Shown piece by piece: positions 19,316 through 28,699 of a stretch of DNA of 64,000 nt. Made by a program: the position numbers and the translations under genes. The DNA lies in assembly GCA_964291495.2 (NCBI GenBank), contig OZ219871.1, forward strand, positions 1,536,001-1,600,000. The letters are read 5' to 3'. The notes under the pieces are model-generated. The model ran no database searches and had not been told where the DNA came from. It was given only the letters and a program-made list of their open reading frames with translations. Positions within the stretch are counted from its first letter, which is position 1. Every line of letters starts with the position of its first letter. Source of the stretch: Dehalococcoidia bacterium. GTDB lineage: Bacteria; Chloroflexota; Dehalococcoidia; UBA2979.

Positions 19316-20377
19316 ATGAGGGTGACGTGCGGGCTGCACCCGCACAGGAAGATGGCCGAGGCCCCTGCCTTCGCGCGCAAGCGCGAGGCGATGGGCTTCG
19401 ACGGGTTGTGGGTGCCCGAGGCGCAGCACAACCCCTTCACCGCGCTCACCCTCGTAGCCGAGCACAGCGAGCACGTGCGCGTCGGGACCAACGTCACGGT
19501 CGCCTTCGCCCGCTCGCCCTACGTGATGGCGAACCACGGCTGGGACCTCCAGGAGTACTCCGGCGGCCGCCTGATCATCGGCATGGGCACGCAGGTGAAG
19601 GGACACAACGAGCGGCGCTTCTCGGTGCCGTGGGGTCCGCCCAACCCGCGCCTGCGCGAGTACATGGAGATGATGAAGGCTTGCTGGCACACCTGGCGAA
19701 CTGGCGAGAAGCCGAACTACGAGGGCAAGTACTACCGCTACACCCTCGATGCCTGGAACTGGAACCCGGGCCCGATCGACTACCCCGACCCGCCGATCGT
19801 GCTCGCGGCCGTGCGGCCGCTCAACACGCGGCTGGCCGCCGAGGTCGGCGACGGGGTGCTGTGGCATCGCATGATGAGCTGGGCCTACCGCGACCAGGTG
19901 CTCGTCCCCGCCCTCGAGGAGGGCGCGCGGCGCGCCGGCAAGGACCCGAAGGACCTCGTGATCGCGGGCGGCGGCTTCGTCGTCACGGCCAAGACCGAGG
20001 AGAAGCTCGTCGCCGAGCTGGCCGAGCTGAAGCGCTGGATGTCCTTCTACGCCTCCACCCGCAGCTACCACGACGCGATGATCATGGCCGGCCTCGAGGA
20101 CGAGGCGATGCTCCTCCACCGCCTCTCGATCGAGCAGAAGTGGGACGAGATGGTGAAGATCATCGACGACGACTTCCTCGAGAAGTTCGCGATCGTCGGC
20201 ACCTGGGACGAGATCGCCGGCAAGATGCGCGAGGTCTACGGCGGCCTCAACACCGAGATCCAGCTCCGCATGGAGATCGAGGACCCCGACGACGAGGAGC
20301 ACATCAAGGAAATCATGGCCGAGGTCCGCACGATCCCGACCTACGGCGAGATCGAGCGCACCCCCGCCGCCGCCTGA
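19316..20377 (+). CDS. Probable F420-dependent LLM oxidoreductase, copy 2
   Basis: Same length (353 aa) and motifs as copy 1; about 48 substitutions by hand count. Confidence 0.9.
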   Translation: MRVTCGLHPHRKMAEAPAFARKREAMGFDGLWVPEAQHNPFTALTLVAEHSEHVRVGTNVTVAFARSPYVMANHGWDLQEYSGGRLIIGMGTQVKGHNERRFSVPWGPPNPRLREYMEMMKACWHTWRTGEKPNYEGKYYRYTLDAWNWNPGPIDYPDPPIVLAAVRPLNTRLAAEVGDGVLWHRMMSWAYRDQVLVPALEEGARRAGKDPKDLVIAGGGFVVTAKTEEKLVAELAELKRWMSFYASTRSYHDAMIMAGLEDEAMLLHRLSIEQKWDEMVKIIDDDFLEKFAIVGTWDEIAGKMREVYGGLNTEIQLRMEIEDPDDEEHIKEIMAEVRTIPTYGEIERTPAAA

Positions 20378-20386
20378 TCGCCCTCG

Positions 20387-21010
20387 CTAGACCGGGCGGC
20401 GCCAGCGCGCCCAGTCGAATGCCACGATGCCGTGCTCCGTGAGCTGCCAGATGCTCGCGCGAGGCGTGCCGTTGGCGATCTCGAGGAAACCGATCGTGCC
20501 GAGGCGTGTTGCGAGGTTCCTCGGCAGCGTGGGGGAGCCGGGGTTCACGCAGAGCACGCCGTCCACGTACTCCAGCCACTCGGAGTGCGTGTCGCCGAAG
20601 ATCATCACGTCCAGGTCCGTGCGGCCGCAGTAGCGTTGCATCGCCCGCTCCAGCGTCCAGCCCCCCTGGGCGGGCACGGGGACGGTGTGCGCGATGCCGA
20701 CGAGGAGCCCGGCCAGCTCAAGCAGCCAGCCCTCGCGTAGCCGCGGGTCCTCGGGCTGTACGGGCCGCCCGCCGGAGCCGTCGTCGCCGTTGCCGCGCGC
20801 GACGTAGGTGGGCGCGACCTCCGAGAGCTGGTCGATCACCGAGAGGTCGTGGATGTCCCCGGCGTGGAGGATGCAGTCGACGCCGCGGAACGCCTCGAAG
20901 ACCTGCGGCCAGAGCCGCGGCATCGCCTCCGGGATGTGCGTGTCCGAGATCAGCCCGATGCGCAGCGAGTCCGCGCTCGCGAGCCGTTCGAGGGCTTCGA
21001 GTTCCTGCAC
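20387..21010 (-). CDS. YfcE/MJ0936-type metallophosphoesterase
   Basis: ISDTH, HAGD, RGNGD, FGDTH, NPGS. Confidence 0.92.
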   Translation of the reverse strand: MQELEALERLASADSLRIGLISDTHIPEAMPRLWPQVFEAFRGVDCILHAGDIHDLSVIDQLSEVAPTYVARGNGDDGSGGRPVQPEDPRLREGWLLELAGLLVGIAHTVPVPAQGGWTLERAMQRYCGRTDLDVMIFGDTHSEWLEYVDGVLCVNPGSPTLPRNLATRLGTIGFLEIANGTPRASIWQLTEHGIVAFDWARWRRPV

Positions 21011-21018
21011 GGACGGCG

Positions 21019-21834
21019 TCAGGCCCCGCGCAGGTGGCTCAGCACGGCGCGGGCGGCCACGGCCGGATGCTCCTCGACGAGCATGTGGCCCGCGCCGGGG
21101 ACGACCTCAGCCGTCGCGTCGGGCAGCAGCGCGCGGTAGGCGTCGACGTAGGGGCCGGGCGGGACGACGGCGTCCTCGGAGCCCCAGAGCAGCAGCGTGG
21201 GCGCGCTCACGCGGTAGGCGCGCCGCCGGAAGCCCTTGTCGGGCAGCGGCCAGAGGTACTTGGCCGCGCCGATCAGCCCGCGCCGCCGCGCGCGGTTCCA
21301 GAGTCGCGCCTCCTCGCGATCGGCGGGAGGCGTGAACATGCGCCGCGCCGCCGGGCTCTCGATGTCGGCGAAGATCGTGCGCGCGAGAGTGCCGGGGGTC
21401 AGTCCGAAGAGGTCCGGCTGCGGCGCCTCATCGAGCCAGAGGCCGAGGGCGCTGATCAGGGCCAGCCGCCGCACGCGCGAGGGATAGAAGGCCGCGATCT
21501 CCTCCGCCAGGAACGCCCCGAACGAGTGCCCCACCACGTCGACGGGCTCGTCGAGGCCGAGCTGCCTGAGCAGATCGTCGTGGTGCAGGGTGATCTCCGT
21601 GACGTCCTCGTAGACGAACTCGGAGCCCTCGGAGCCCTCGAAGCCGGGCGGTGACGGTGCGTAGACGGTCGCGCTCGCGGCGAGGGCGTCGATGAACTCG
21701 TCCTCGACGAGGCCGAAGGTGCCGTGCAGGTAGAGCAGCGGCGGCCCCTCGCCGACGATGCGGACCGGCACCTCGACGGCGCCGTCGAAGGTGCGGACGA
21801 GGCGCTGCCCGGGGGATGCGTGGCTATCAGGCAC
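21019..21834 (-). CDS. Alpha/beta hydrolase
   Basis: LYLHG, PGF, GHSFG, WGSED, GHM. Confidence 0.9.
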   Translation of the reverse strand: MPDSHASPGQRLVRTFDGAVEVPVRIVGEGPPLLYLHGTFGLVEDEFIDALAASATVYAPSPPGFEGSEGSEFVYEDVTEITLHHDDLLRQLGLDEPVDVVGHSFGAFLAEEIAAFYPSRVRRLALISALGLWLDEAPQPDLFGLTPGTLARTIFADIESPAARRMFTPPADREEARLWNRARRRGLIGAAKYLWPLPDKGFRRRAYRVSAPTLLLWGSEDAVVPPGPYVDAYRALLPDATAEVVPGAGHMLVEEHPAVAARAVLSHLRGA

Positions 21835-23029
21835 CGGGCGCCCTCCGCGCGTGCTGGGGGTACCACTCGTCTTCCCACTCGGAGTGGATGTGCCGCAGAT
21901 TGGGGAGCACTTCCTTCGCGATGCGCGTCATGTTGTACTCGGCGAGCTCATGCGGCATCGAGCCGAAGTGCGCCATCACCATGATCACGCCGAGGTTGAT
22001 CTCCTTGACCAGCCATTCGAGCTTCTCGGTGACCTGCTTCGGCGAGCCGTGGATGATCACGCCCTCGTCGATCAGCTGCGCCCACTTGCGCTCGATGATG
22101 CGCACGTCCGTGTACTCGGTGGTGAAGCCGCCGGCGATCGTCTTCTCCGTGCGATAGCCGGGGGCGTCGATGAAGCCGCCGTAGACGTGCTGGGTCTTGT
22201 TGTAGAACCACTCGATGTGCTCGGCGTAGAGCTCCTCGGCGTGCTCCTCGCTGTCGCCGACGCCGATGAACTGGATGATGCCGGCGCGGTAGGGGTTGCG
22301 CGGCAGGTCGTAGGAGTCGACGACGGGCCAGAACTCCTCGAAGGTCTTCTGCGAGCGCTTGAAGCCGGAGAAGGAGAGTGCGGCGTACATGTGGCCGCGC
22401 TCGCAGACCCAGTCCCAGGTCTCGACGGAGCCGCCGCCGGGGATCCAGATCGGCGGGCGCGGCTGCTGGATCGGCCGGGGCCAGATGTTGACGTAACGGA
22501 GCTGCGTGTAGCGCCCGTTGAAGGCGAACGGCTCCGGCTCCGCCCAGGAGCGCGTGATTAGCTGCTCCGCCTCGCGGTACTTCTCGCGCAGCGTCACCGG
22601 GTTCTGCCCGTAGCAGTAGTTCGTGTCCATGCTCGTGCCGACGGGGAAGCCGGCCACGATGCGGCCCCCGCTCATGCAGTCGAGCATCGCGATCTCCTCG
22701 GCGACGCGGGTGGGCGGGTTGTAGAGCGCGATGCTGTCGCCGAGCAGGACGATCGCGACGTCCTTCGTCTGCCGCGCGAGCGCGGCCGCGATGATGTTCG
22801 GCGAGGGCATTAGCCCGTAGCCGTTCTGGTGGTGCTCGTTCACGCACACCCCGTCGTAGCCCAGCGTCGAGGCGAGCACGAGCTCGTCGATGTACTCGTC
22901 GTAGAGCTCACCGGTCTTGCGCGGGTCGAGCAGATTCGAGGGTATATCGACCCAGACGCTGTGGTGCTCCTCGCTGAAGTTGTCGGGCAGATGGCGGTAG
23001 GGCATGAGGTGGAAGAAGTAGAACTTCAC
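21827..23029 (-). CDS. LLM-class flavin-dependent oxidoreductase/monooxygenase
   Basis: VKFYFFHLMPY, CVNEHHQ, MPSPN, PTRVAEEIAMLD, WPRPIQQPRPPIW. Confidence 0.92.
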   Translation of the reverse strand: MKFYFFHLMPYRHLPDNFSEEHHSVWVDIPSNLLDPRKTGELYDEYIDELVLASTLGYDGVCVNEHHQNGYGLMPSPNIIAAALARQTKDVAIVLLGDSIALYNPPTRVAEEIAMLDCMSGGRIVAGFPVGTSMDTNYCYGQNPVTLREKYREAEQLITRSWAEPEPFAFNGRYTQLRYVNIWPRPIQQPRPPIWIPGGGSVETWDWVCERGHMYAALSFSGFKRSQKTFEEFWPVVDSYDLPRNPYRAGIIQFIGVGDSEEHAEELYAEHIEWFYNKTQHVYGGFIDAPGYRTEKTIAGGFTTEYTDVRIIERKWAQLIDEGVIIHGSPKQVTEKLEWLVKEINLGVIMVMAHFGSMPHELAEYNMTRIAKEVLPNLRHIHSEWEDEWYPQHARRAPGA

Positions 23030-23129
23030 GCGCGCACGCTCCCTGGCTGCACGCCCGCGCCTGCGAGCGCCCGCCGCATGATACGCGACGCCTCGCGCCA
23101 CCCGCGCGCGCGACAGCGCCGGGCAGCAA

Positions 23130-23155
23130 CGGGGCCGCCCCTGCGGGCGGCCCCG
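23130..23155 (-). terminator. GC-rich hairpin downstream of crotonase gene
   Basis: CGGGGCCGCCC-ctgc-GGGCGGCCCCG, 11-bp stem, no U tract. Confidence 0.5.
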
Positions 23156-23182
23156 GAAGCTCCAACCAAAGGTCCGAGGGCG

Positions 23183-23974
23183 CTAGCGGCCCTGGTAGTT
23201 GGCCTCGCGCTTCTCGGCGAACGCGCGCGGGCCCTCCTTGGCGTCGTCGGTGTAGCGGATCGCCTGCGACTCGAAGTTCTCGATGCGCAGACCCTCGGCC
23301 AGCGTGGTGTTGAGGCCGCGGTAGGCCGCCTCCTTGGCCGCCATCACGGCCAGCGGGGCGTTGGCGCCGATCTCGGCGGCGACCTCGAGCGCCTTGTCCA
23401 TCAGCTGGTCGGGCGGGACCACGTGGTTGACGAGGCCGATGCGGTGCGCCTCGGCCGCCGGGATGCGGCGGCCGGTCATCAGCAGCTCGAGCGCGATGCC
23501 GAAGGGCACGAGGCGCCCGATGCGCTGCGTGCCGCCGGCGCCGGGGATGATGCCGCGGGCGACCTCGGGGAGGCCGAAGCTGGCGGTTTCCGAGGCGATG
23601 CGGATGTCGCAGGCCATCGCGGTCTCGCAGCCGCCGCCGAGGGCGAAGCCGTTGACGGCGGCGATGATCGGCTTCCACATCTCCAGGCCGCGGTAGAGCT
23701 GGGGATCGGGCTGGTCCCAGAAGGTGTTGCGCTGGGGTGCGCCGCCGGCGGCTGCGTTGCGCGCCGCCATCTCCTTCAGGTCGGCCCCAGCGCTGAAGGC
23801 GCGGTCGCCGGCGCCGGTCATGATCACGCTGCGGATGTCGGAATCCTCGCGGACCCGCACCCAGGCTTCGCCGACCGCGGCGATCAGCTCTGAGTTGAAG
23901 GCGTTCATCGACTCGGGCCGGTTGAGGGTCATCACGAACGTGTAGCCCTCCATGCGGGTTTCGAGTACGGCCAT
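23183..23974 (-). CDS. Enoyl-CoA hydratase/crotonase family
   Basis: LNRPESMNA, FSAGADLKE, AVNGFALGGGCE, FGLPE, PGAGG. Confidence 0.95.
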   Translation of the reverse strand: MAVLETRMEGYTFVMTLNRPESMNAFNSELIAAVGEAWVRVREDSDIRSVIMTGAGDRAFSAGADLKEMAARNAAAGGAPQRNTFWDQPDPQLYRGLEMWKPIIAAVNGFALGGGCETAMACDIRIASETASFGLPEVARGIIPGAGGTQRIGRLVPFGIALELLMTGRRIPAAEAHRIGLVNHVVPPDQLMDKALEVAAEIGANAPLAVMAAKEAAYRGLNTTLAEGLRIENFESQAIRYTDDAKEGPRAFAEKREANYQGR

Positions 23975-24101
23975 GCGTGCAGTCTCCTTGCGTGTCCTCG
24001 TTCGTTCCGTCGTATGCCCCCGCCGTCCGAGGGCGCGGCGCAACGCTACGCCGCCCCGCCCGTCGAGTCAAAGCAGGGCGGCGTGGCTGCTCCTGGTGCG
24101 A

Positions 24102-26747
24102 CTATCCCCCGCCTCCCGTGACCGGGAAGCGCGGGGGCCCGTCCGACATCTCCGAGTCCGTTCCGGACGCCGGCTGTCCCGCGCCGTCCTGCGGTGGCGC
24201 CACGAACTCGCTGCTGCGCATCCACTCGCCCGGCCGCAGGTCGGCCGGCACGAAACGCACGTCCGGGGTGATCACGGCGCCGTTGGCGTCGCGGAAGCCG
24301 ATCTCGACGCGGCCGTCGGCGAGGCGCCGTGCGCGGATCCACCCGACGGGCTCGTCGTCCTGCTCGACCAGCGTGCTGATCTTCCAGCGGTCGACCTCGG
24401 CATCGACCTCGAGGAACCGCTTCCTCGGGACGAATGTCTGGCCGTCCGCGAATTCGACGGCGTGCTCGAGCCGCCCATCCTCGGCGAGCTGGACGATGAC
24501 GCGCAGCCGCTGCGGCCCCGGCGCGGCAGGCGGCGGCTCCGGCGGCGGCGGGACGAGCCGGAAGTGCACGGCGGTGTCCTCGATGCCCAGCTGGTCCATG
24601 AACCGCGCGACGCTGCTGCTGGAGCCGAACGCGGCGCAGATCGCGGCGTTCGTCGCGTAGCGGTAGAGCGGGAGCGCGAACCGCAGCTCGGCGTCGAGCG
24701 CGAGCAGCGCATCCATATCCTCCACCTCCGCTGCCGCGAGGGCGGCGCGCAGGTGGGCGGGGCCGGCGCCGCACGCGGCCCGTGCCGAGAGATCCGCGGT
24801 CATCCACTGAGCGACGGCGGGCGGCTCACCGTCCGCGGCGGCGCGGGTCGCCTCGATGACCGCCCGGGCCGTCACGGCCGGCGACACGACCGCCTCGGCG
24901 TACGTGAGCTGCGCGTGCACGGTGAGCGCTTCCTCGAGCGTGAGCCCGTCGCCCTCGGCGACCCGTGCCTGCAGCGCCGTCCAGGCGGCGGCCAGGGGCG
25001 CGTAGGAGTCGGCCGCTGCGTGCGCCAAGCCGAGCAGCAGGTCCTCGGCGGGCACGGCGGTGAACAGCTCGTCCCCGGCGAGCGCCTCGATGAGCCCGGA
25101 GGCGGCGACCGCGTCCGCGTGGAGGCGGCCAATCTCCGCAAGCAGTGTCCCCCTCGACAGGTCGTCGAGGCTGACCGGCTCTCCGGCCGCCTCGCCCGGC
25201 TCGCCGAGCGCGGCGATCAGGGGGCGCTCGAAGATGCCGGCGAGCAGGTACTCCTGCACGGCGGCGATGTAGATCGCCCGGGCCTCGATCTCCGGGTCGA
25301 TCTCCGCTTCCGGGTCGTCGACGAGGCTGACCTCGGGGATCACGGCGCCCTCGTCGATGCCCTCTTCGTCCTCGTCGCTCGGTTCGACACCTTCGCTCGG
25401 GATCGCGGAGACGAGGTAGTCCGTGTCGTCGATGCTGATGGTGACCGGGTCGAAGGTCGGGCCTGTCACCACCATGAGGTTGCGCCAGACGCCGTTGAAC
25501 CCGATCTCCTCCTCGTCCTCGTTGAACACCAGGAGCCCGACGAACACCCATGCCGGACCGGGGTTGGCAATCGTGAGCTCGAACGACTGGAGCTCGCCGA
25601 TCCCGACGCTCGTCGCGCTCGCCGTCACGGCGTCCGAGTGGTACGAGACGCCGGCCTGCCACCGTTCCGGCGAGGCCGGGACTTCCTGTCCGATATCGAT
25701 TATCCAGCGCGGTCCGCGGGCGTATGCGAGCGTGTACGACCCGTCGTCCGGCAGGTCGCCCAGACCGAGGTTGCCGACGCGGTAGTCGATGGCGAAGGGC
25801 TCGCCCGCGATGACCTGGTCGGGGGTGTGGACCGCCTCGACCTTGAGGTTGAAGCCGCGCTGCCGCTCCTCCTCGTCCAGCAAGCGCACCACGAGTTCGA
25901 AGTCGCTGGAGAGGGGCTGGAGATCGCGCTCCCGGTAGGTTGTTGCCTCGATCAGGTACAGACCCGGCGGGAGGTAGCGCTCGATCCGCGAGTTGATGCC
26001 CGCGCCGCCGTCGTCGTTGGCGCCGATCACGCCCCGCTCCGGCGACGCCAGGGAGAGCACGGGGTCTCCGTTCTCGGACGTGAGGTCGATCACCACGCGA
26101 CCGCCCTGCGCAAGGGTGAAGGTGTAGTTGTGGGCCGGGTGAGCGGCGACGATGCGGGAGCCGCAGGTATCGAGTGTCCAGGAGCCCGCTGCGGTCAGCT
26201 CGCCGCCGGGCTCGAGCGCGCCCAGATCAACCGGCTCGCAGCCGCTGAGCTGCTGAATCGAGACCGTGAAGTCCGCCGGCCCACGGGCACGCCCGCCGAC
26301 CGTAGTAGCCTCGACCAGGTAGACCCCGACGGCCATGTCCTGCTCGATGCGCGCATCCAGAATCGAGCCCCCGTCGTCCTCGTCTGCGATGCGGGTCTCG
26401 TCCTCGGTCAGCAGATAGAGGTACGGATCGCTGTCGGGCGATCGCAACTCGATCCTGACCCTGCCCGGAGCGGTGACCTCGAAGCGGTAGGTGTGCGCAT
26501 CGCTGTCGATGCGGAAGCGCGAGTCGCAGTCCTCGGTGGTCCAGCTCCCGCTTGCCTCCAGTCCGTCCTCGCTGCTCAGCGGGCCGAGGTCGATGACCTC
26601 GCAGTCCGGTGTGGTCTGGGCAGCGGCGGGCCGTGCGTTCTCAAGCGCGAGCGAGCCCGCGAGGAGCGCGATCGCGGCGCAGAGCGCCGCCACGAGCAGG
26701 TGGGTGCCTGTGCGCGCCCTGAGGCCCGCGTGGATTGAGTTGTACAT
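24102..26747 (-). CDS. Large exported protein: two PPC-like beta domains, CARDB-like domain, helical region, tandem C-terminal repeat
   Basis: Signal peptide (...ARPAAA-QT); repeats C.xDLG.L...GSWT..C.SR...H.Y.F...DP.L.L...DDGG..RIE..G.YL.EATT; Pro-rich linker. Confidence 0.8.
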   Translation of the reverse strand: MYNSIHAGLRARTGTHLLVAALCAAIALLAGSLALENARPAAAQTTPDCEVIDLGPLSSEDGLEASGSWTTEDCDSRFRIDSDAHTYRFEVTAPGRVRIELRSPDSDPYLYLLTEDETRIADEDDGGSILDARIEQDMAVGVYLVEATTVGGRARGPADFTVSIQQLSGCEPVDLGALEPGGELTAAGSWTLDTCGSRIVAAHPAHNYTFTLAQGGRVVIDLTSENGDPVLSLASPERGVIGANDDGGAGINSRIERYLPPGLYLIEATTYRERDLQPLSSDFELVVRLLDEEERQRGFNLKVEAVHTPDQVIAGEPFAIDYRVGNLGLGDLPDDGSYTLAYARGPRWIIDIGQEVPASPERWQAGVSYHSDAVTASATSVGIGELQSFELTIANPGPAWVFVGLLVFNEDEEEIGFNGVWRNLMVVTGPTFDPVTISIDDTDYLVSAIPSEGVEPSDEDEEGIDEGAVIPEVSLVDDPEAEIDPEIEARAIYIAAVQEYLLAGIFERPLIAALGEPGEAAGEPVSLDDLSRGTLLAEIGRLHADAVAASGLIEALAGDELFTAVPAEDLLLGLAHAAADSYAPLAAAWTALQARVAEGDGLTLEEALTVHAQLTYAEAVVSPAVTARAVIEATRAAADGEPPAVAQWMTADLSARAACGAGPAHLRAALAAAEVEDMDALLALDAELRFALPLYRYATNAAICAAFGSSSSVARFMDQLGIEDTAVHFRLVPPPPEPPPAAPGPQRLRVIVQLAEDGRLEHAVEFADGQTFVPRKRFLEVDAEVDRWKISTLVEQDDEPVGWIRARRLADGRVEIGFRDANGAVITPDVRFVPADLRPGEWMRSSEFVAPPQDGAGQPASGTDSEMSDGPPRFPVTGGGG

Positions 26748-26818
26748 CTGCTTCTCCGTGCTTCACTCGTGCGCCACCGTACCGCACCGTGCGGAAACGA
26801 GGTATCAATAGCCTCGGC

Positions 26819-27649
26819 CTAGTGTTGCACCACCGCGCCGCCGTCGACGTTGATGCTCTGGCCGGTGATCCAGTTCCCCTGATCGCTGCACAGGTAGACC
26901 GTCATCCAGGCGATGTCCGAGCCGTCCGAGGCCCGGCCCAGCGGCGTACCCGCCGCGACGCGCTCGTCCCAGATCCGCCCGCGCGGGATGTCGTCCATGC
27001 GGAAGGTATCGACGGTGCCCGGGCAGATCGTGTTCACGCGGACGTTATAGCGTCCCATCTCGCCCGCCATGCAACCCGTCAGCGCGTGGATCCCTGCCTT
27101 GCTCGAGGCGTAGGCCGAGGCGTTCACGCTCAGCCGCTTCCCGGCCACCGAGGAGATGTTGACGATCGCGCCGCCCTCGTCCTGCTCGATCAGCCGCTGC
27201 CCGAAGTAGTGCGACATGTAGAACGTGCCGTTGAGGTTCACATCGATCACGCGCTGCCAGACGTCGATCGGGATCTCGACCGCGGGCATGCGGTCCGGTC
27301 CGCGCGCGAACGCTGCGTTGTTGATCACGAAGTCGATCCGCCCGAATTCCTCGAGGATCCGCGCGAGCAGCGCCTGCACGGCATCGGGGTCGCTCACGTC
27401 GCTGACCAGGGGCAGCGCGCGCCGCCCGGCAGCCTCGATCTCCTCGGCGACGGAGTCGATGTCGCGCCAGCCTGCTTCCTTCTCGTCGTCCGGGTAGCGT
27501 TCGGGCGGGCGGCCGGTGCCGGTGATGACGACGTCCGCGCCGGCCTTCGCCAGCTCCACGGCGATGCAGCGGCCGATCGAGCGCATGCGGCCCGCTCCGG
27601 TGACCACCGCCACCTTGCCCTCGAAGCCCGTCAGTTCGAGACCGGCCAT
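26819..27649 (-). CDS. Short-chain dehydrogenase/reductase
   Basis: TGAGRMRSIG, NNAA, NISS, YASSK, ICPG. Confidence 0.93.
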   Translation of the reverse strand: MAGLELTGFEGKVAVVTGAGRMRSIGRCIAVELAKAGADVVITGTGRPPERYPDDEKEAGWRDIDSVAEEIEAAGRRALPLVSDVSDPDAVQALLARILEEFGRIDFVINNAAFARGPDRMPAVEIPIDVWQRVIDVNLNGTFYMSHYFGQRLIEQDEGGAIVNISSVAGKRLSVNASAYASSKAGIHALTGCMAGEMGRYNVRVNTICPGTVDTFRMDDIPRGRIWDERVAAGTPLGRASDGSDIAWMTVYLCSDQGNWITGQSINVDGGAVVQH

Positions 27650-27661
27650 CCCGTACCTCCC

Positions 27662-28699
27662 TCAGTACCCGCGATCGGGGTCGATGATGTTGTGCAGCTC
27701 CTCGCCGGCGAGGTAGCGGCGCAGGTTGTCGCAGAAGATCGAGGTCGCCACCTCGTTGTAGTTCTCGTTCCCGCCGCTGATGTGGGGCGTGAGGATCACG
27801 TTGTCCAGCTCCCAGAGCGGGCTGTCCGCGGGCAACGGCTCCCGATAGAACACGTCGAGCGCCGCGCCGGCGATGACGCCGTCGCGCAAGGCCTCGATCA
27901 GCGCCGGCTCATCGATGACCTCGCCGCGCGCGATGTTGATCAGGTACGAGCGATCGCCGCGCGCGCCCATCGTGCGCAACTGCGCGGCGCCGATCAGGCC
28001 GCGTGTCTCCTCGGTCAGCGGTGTGGCGAGCACCACGTAGTCGCTCTCCGCCAGCAGCTCGTCGAGGTCGCCCGGCGGCAGCACCTCGTCGGCGATCGCG
28101 TCCGGGCCGCGCTCGCTGACCGAGCGGCGGATCGCGAGCACGCGGCAGCCGATCGCCTTCGCAAGCCGCGCGCACTCGGCGCCGATCGCGCCCATGCCGA
28201 CGACGCCGACGGTCCGGTCGGAGAGGTTGCGGGGCATGACCATGCGGTCGTAGACAGCGGCGGCCTGGTTGCGCGCGAGCGCCGGCCAGCCCTTCTCGAA
28301 CATCAGCATGTACGTCAGCACATACTCCGCGATCGGCGTGGAGTGCAGCCCGCTGACGTTCGTGAAGGTCAGCCCCGCACGGATCAGATCCGGGTCGACG
28401 CGGTCCGCGCCCGCCGAGGTGAGCTGCACCCAGCGCAGCGCGTCCGGCAGGTCGTCGGGGCTCACGAGGCTCGGCATCGCGCCGCTCCAGAATCCGAACA
28501 TGACCTCGGCCTCGTCGAGCGCCGACCGGATCTCGTCGAGGGGCGTGGCCGCCTGAAGTTCGCTGGGGAAGCGCCGCTTGCCGCGCAGTGCGGCAAGCAA
28601 CTCCTGGCCGAGCACGGACACCTCGACGCGCGGATCGACGGCGCGGATGCGGTCTGCCAACTCGGGATCGAGGGCGAAGGTGACGACGACGCGCGTCAT
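27662..28699 (-). CDS. D-2-hydroxyacid dehydrogenase (NAD-binding)
   Basis: SAGAD, GMGAIG, PLTEET, NIARG, LDVFYREP, TPHISG. Confidence 0.95.
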   Translation of the reverse strand: MTRVVVTFALDPELADRIRAVDPRVEVSVLGQELLAALRGKRRFPSELQAATPLDEIRSALDEAEVMFGFWSGAMPSLVSPDDLPDALRWVQLTSAGADRVDPDLIRAGLTFTNVSGLHSTPIAEYVLTYMLMFEKGWPALARNQAAAVYDRMVMPRNLSDRTVGVVGMGAIGAECARLAKAIGCRVLAIRRSVSERGPDAIADEVLPPGDLDELLAESDYVVLATPLTEETRGLIGAAQLRTMGARGDRSYLINIARGEVIDEPALIEALRDGVIAGAALDVFYREPLPADSPLWELDNVILTPHISGGNENYNEVATSIFCDNLRRYLAGEELHNIIDPDRGY

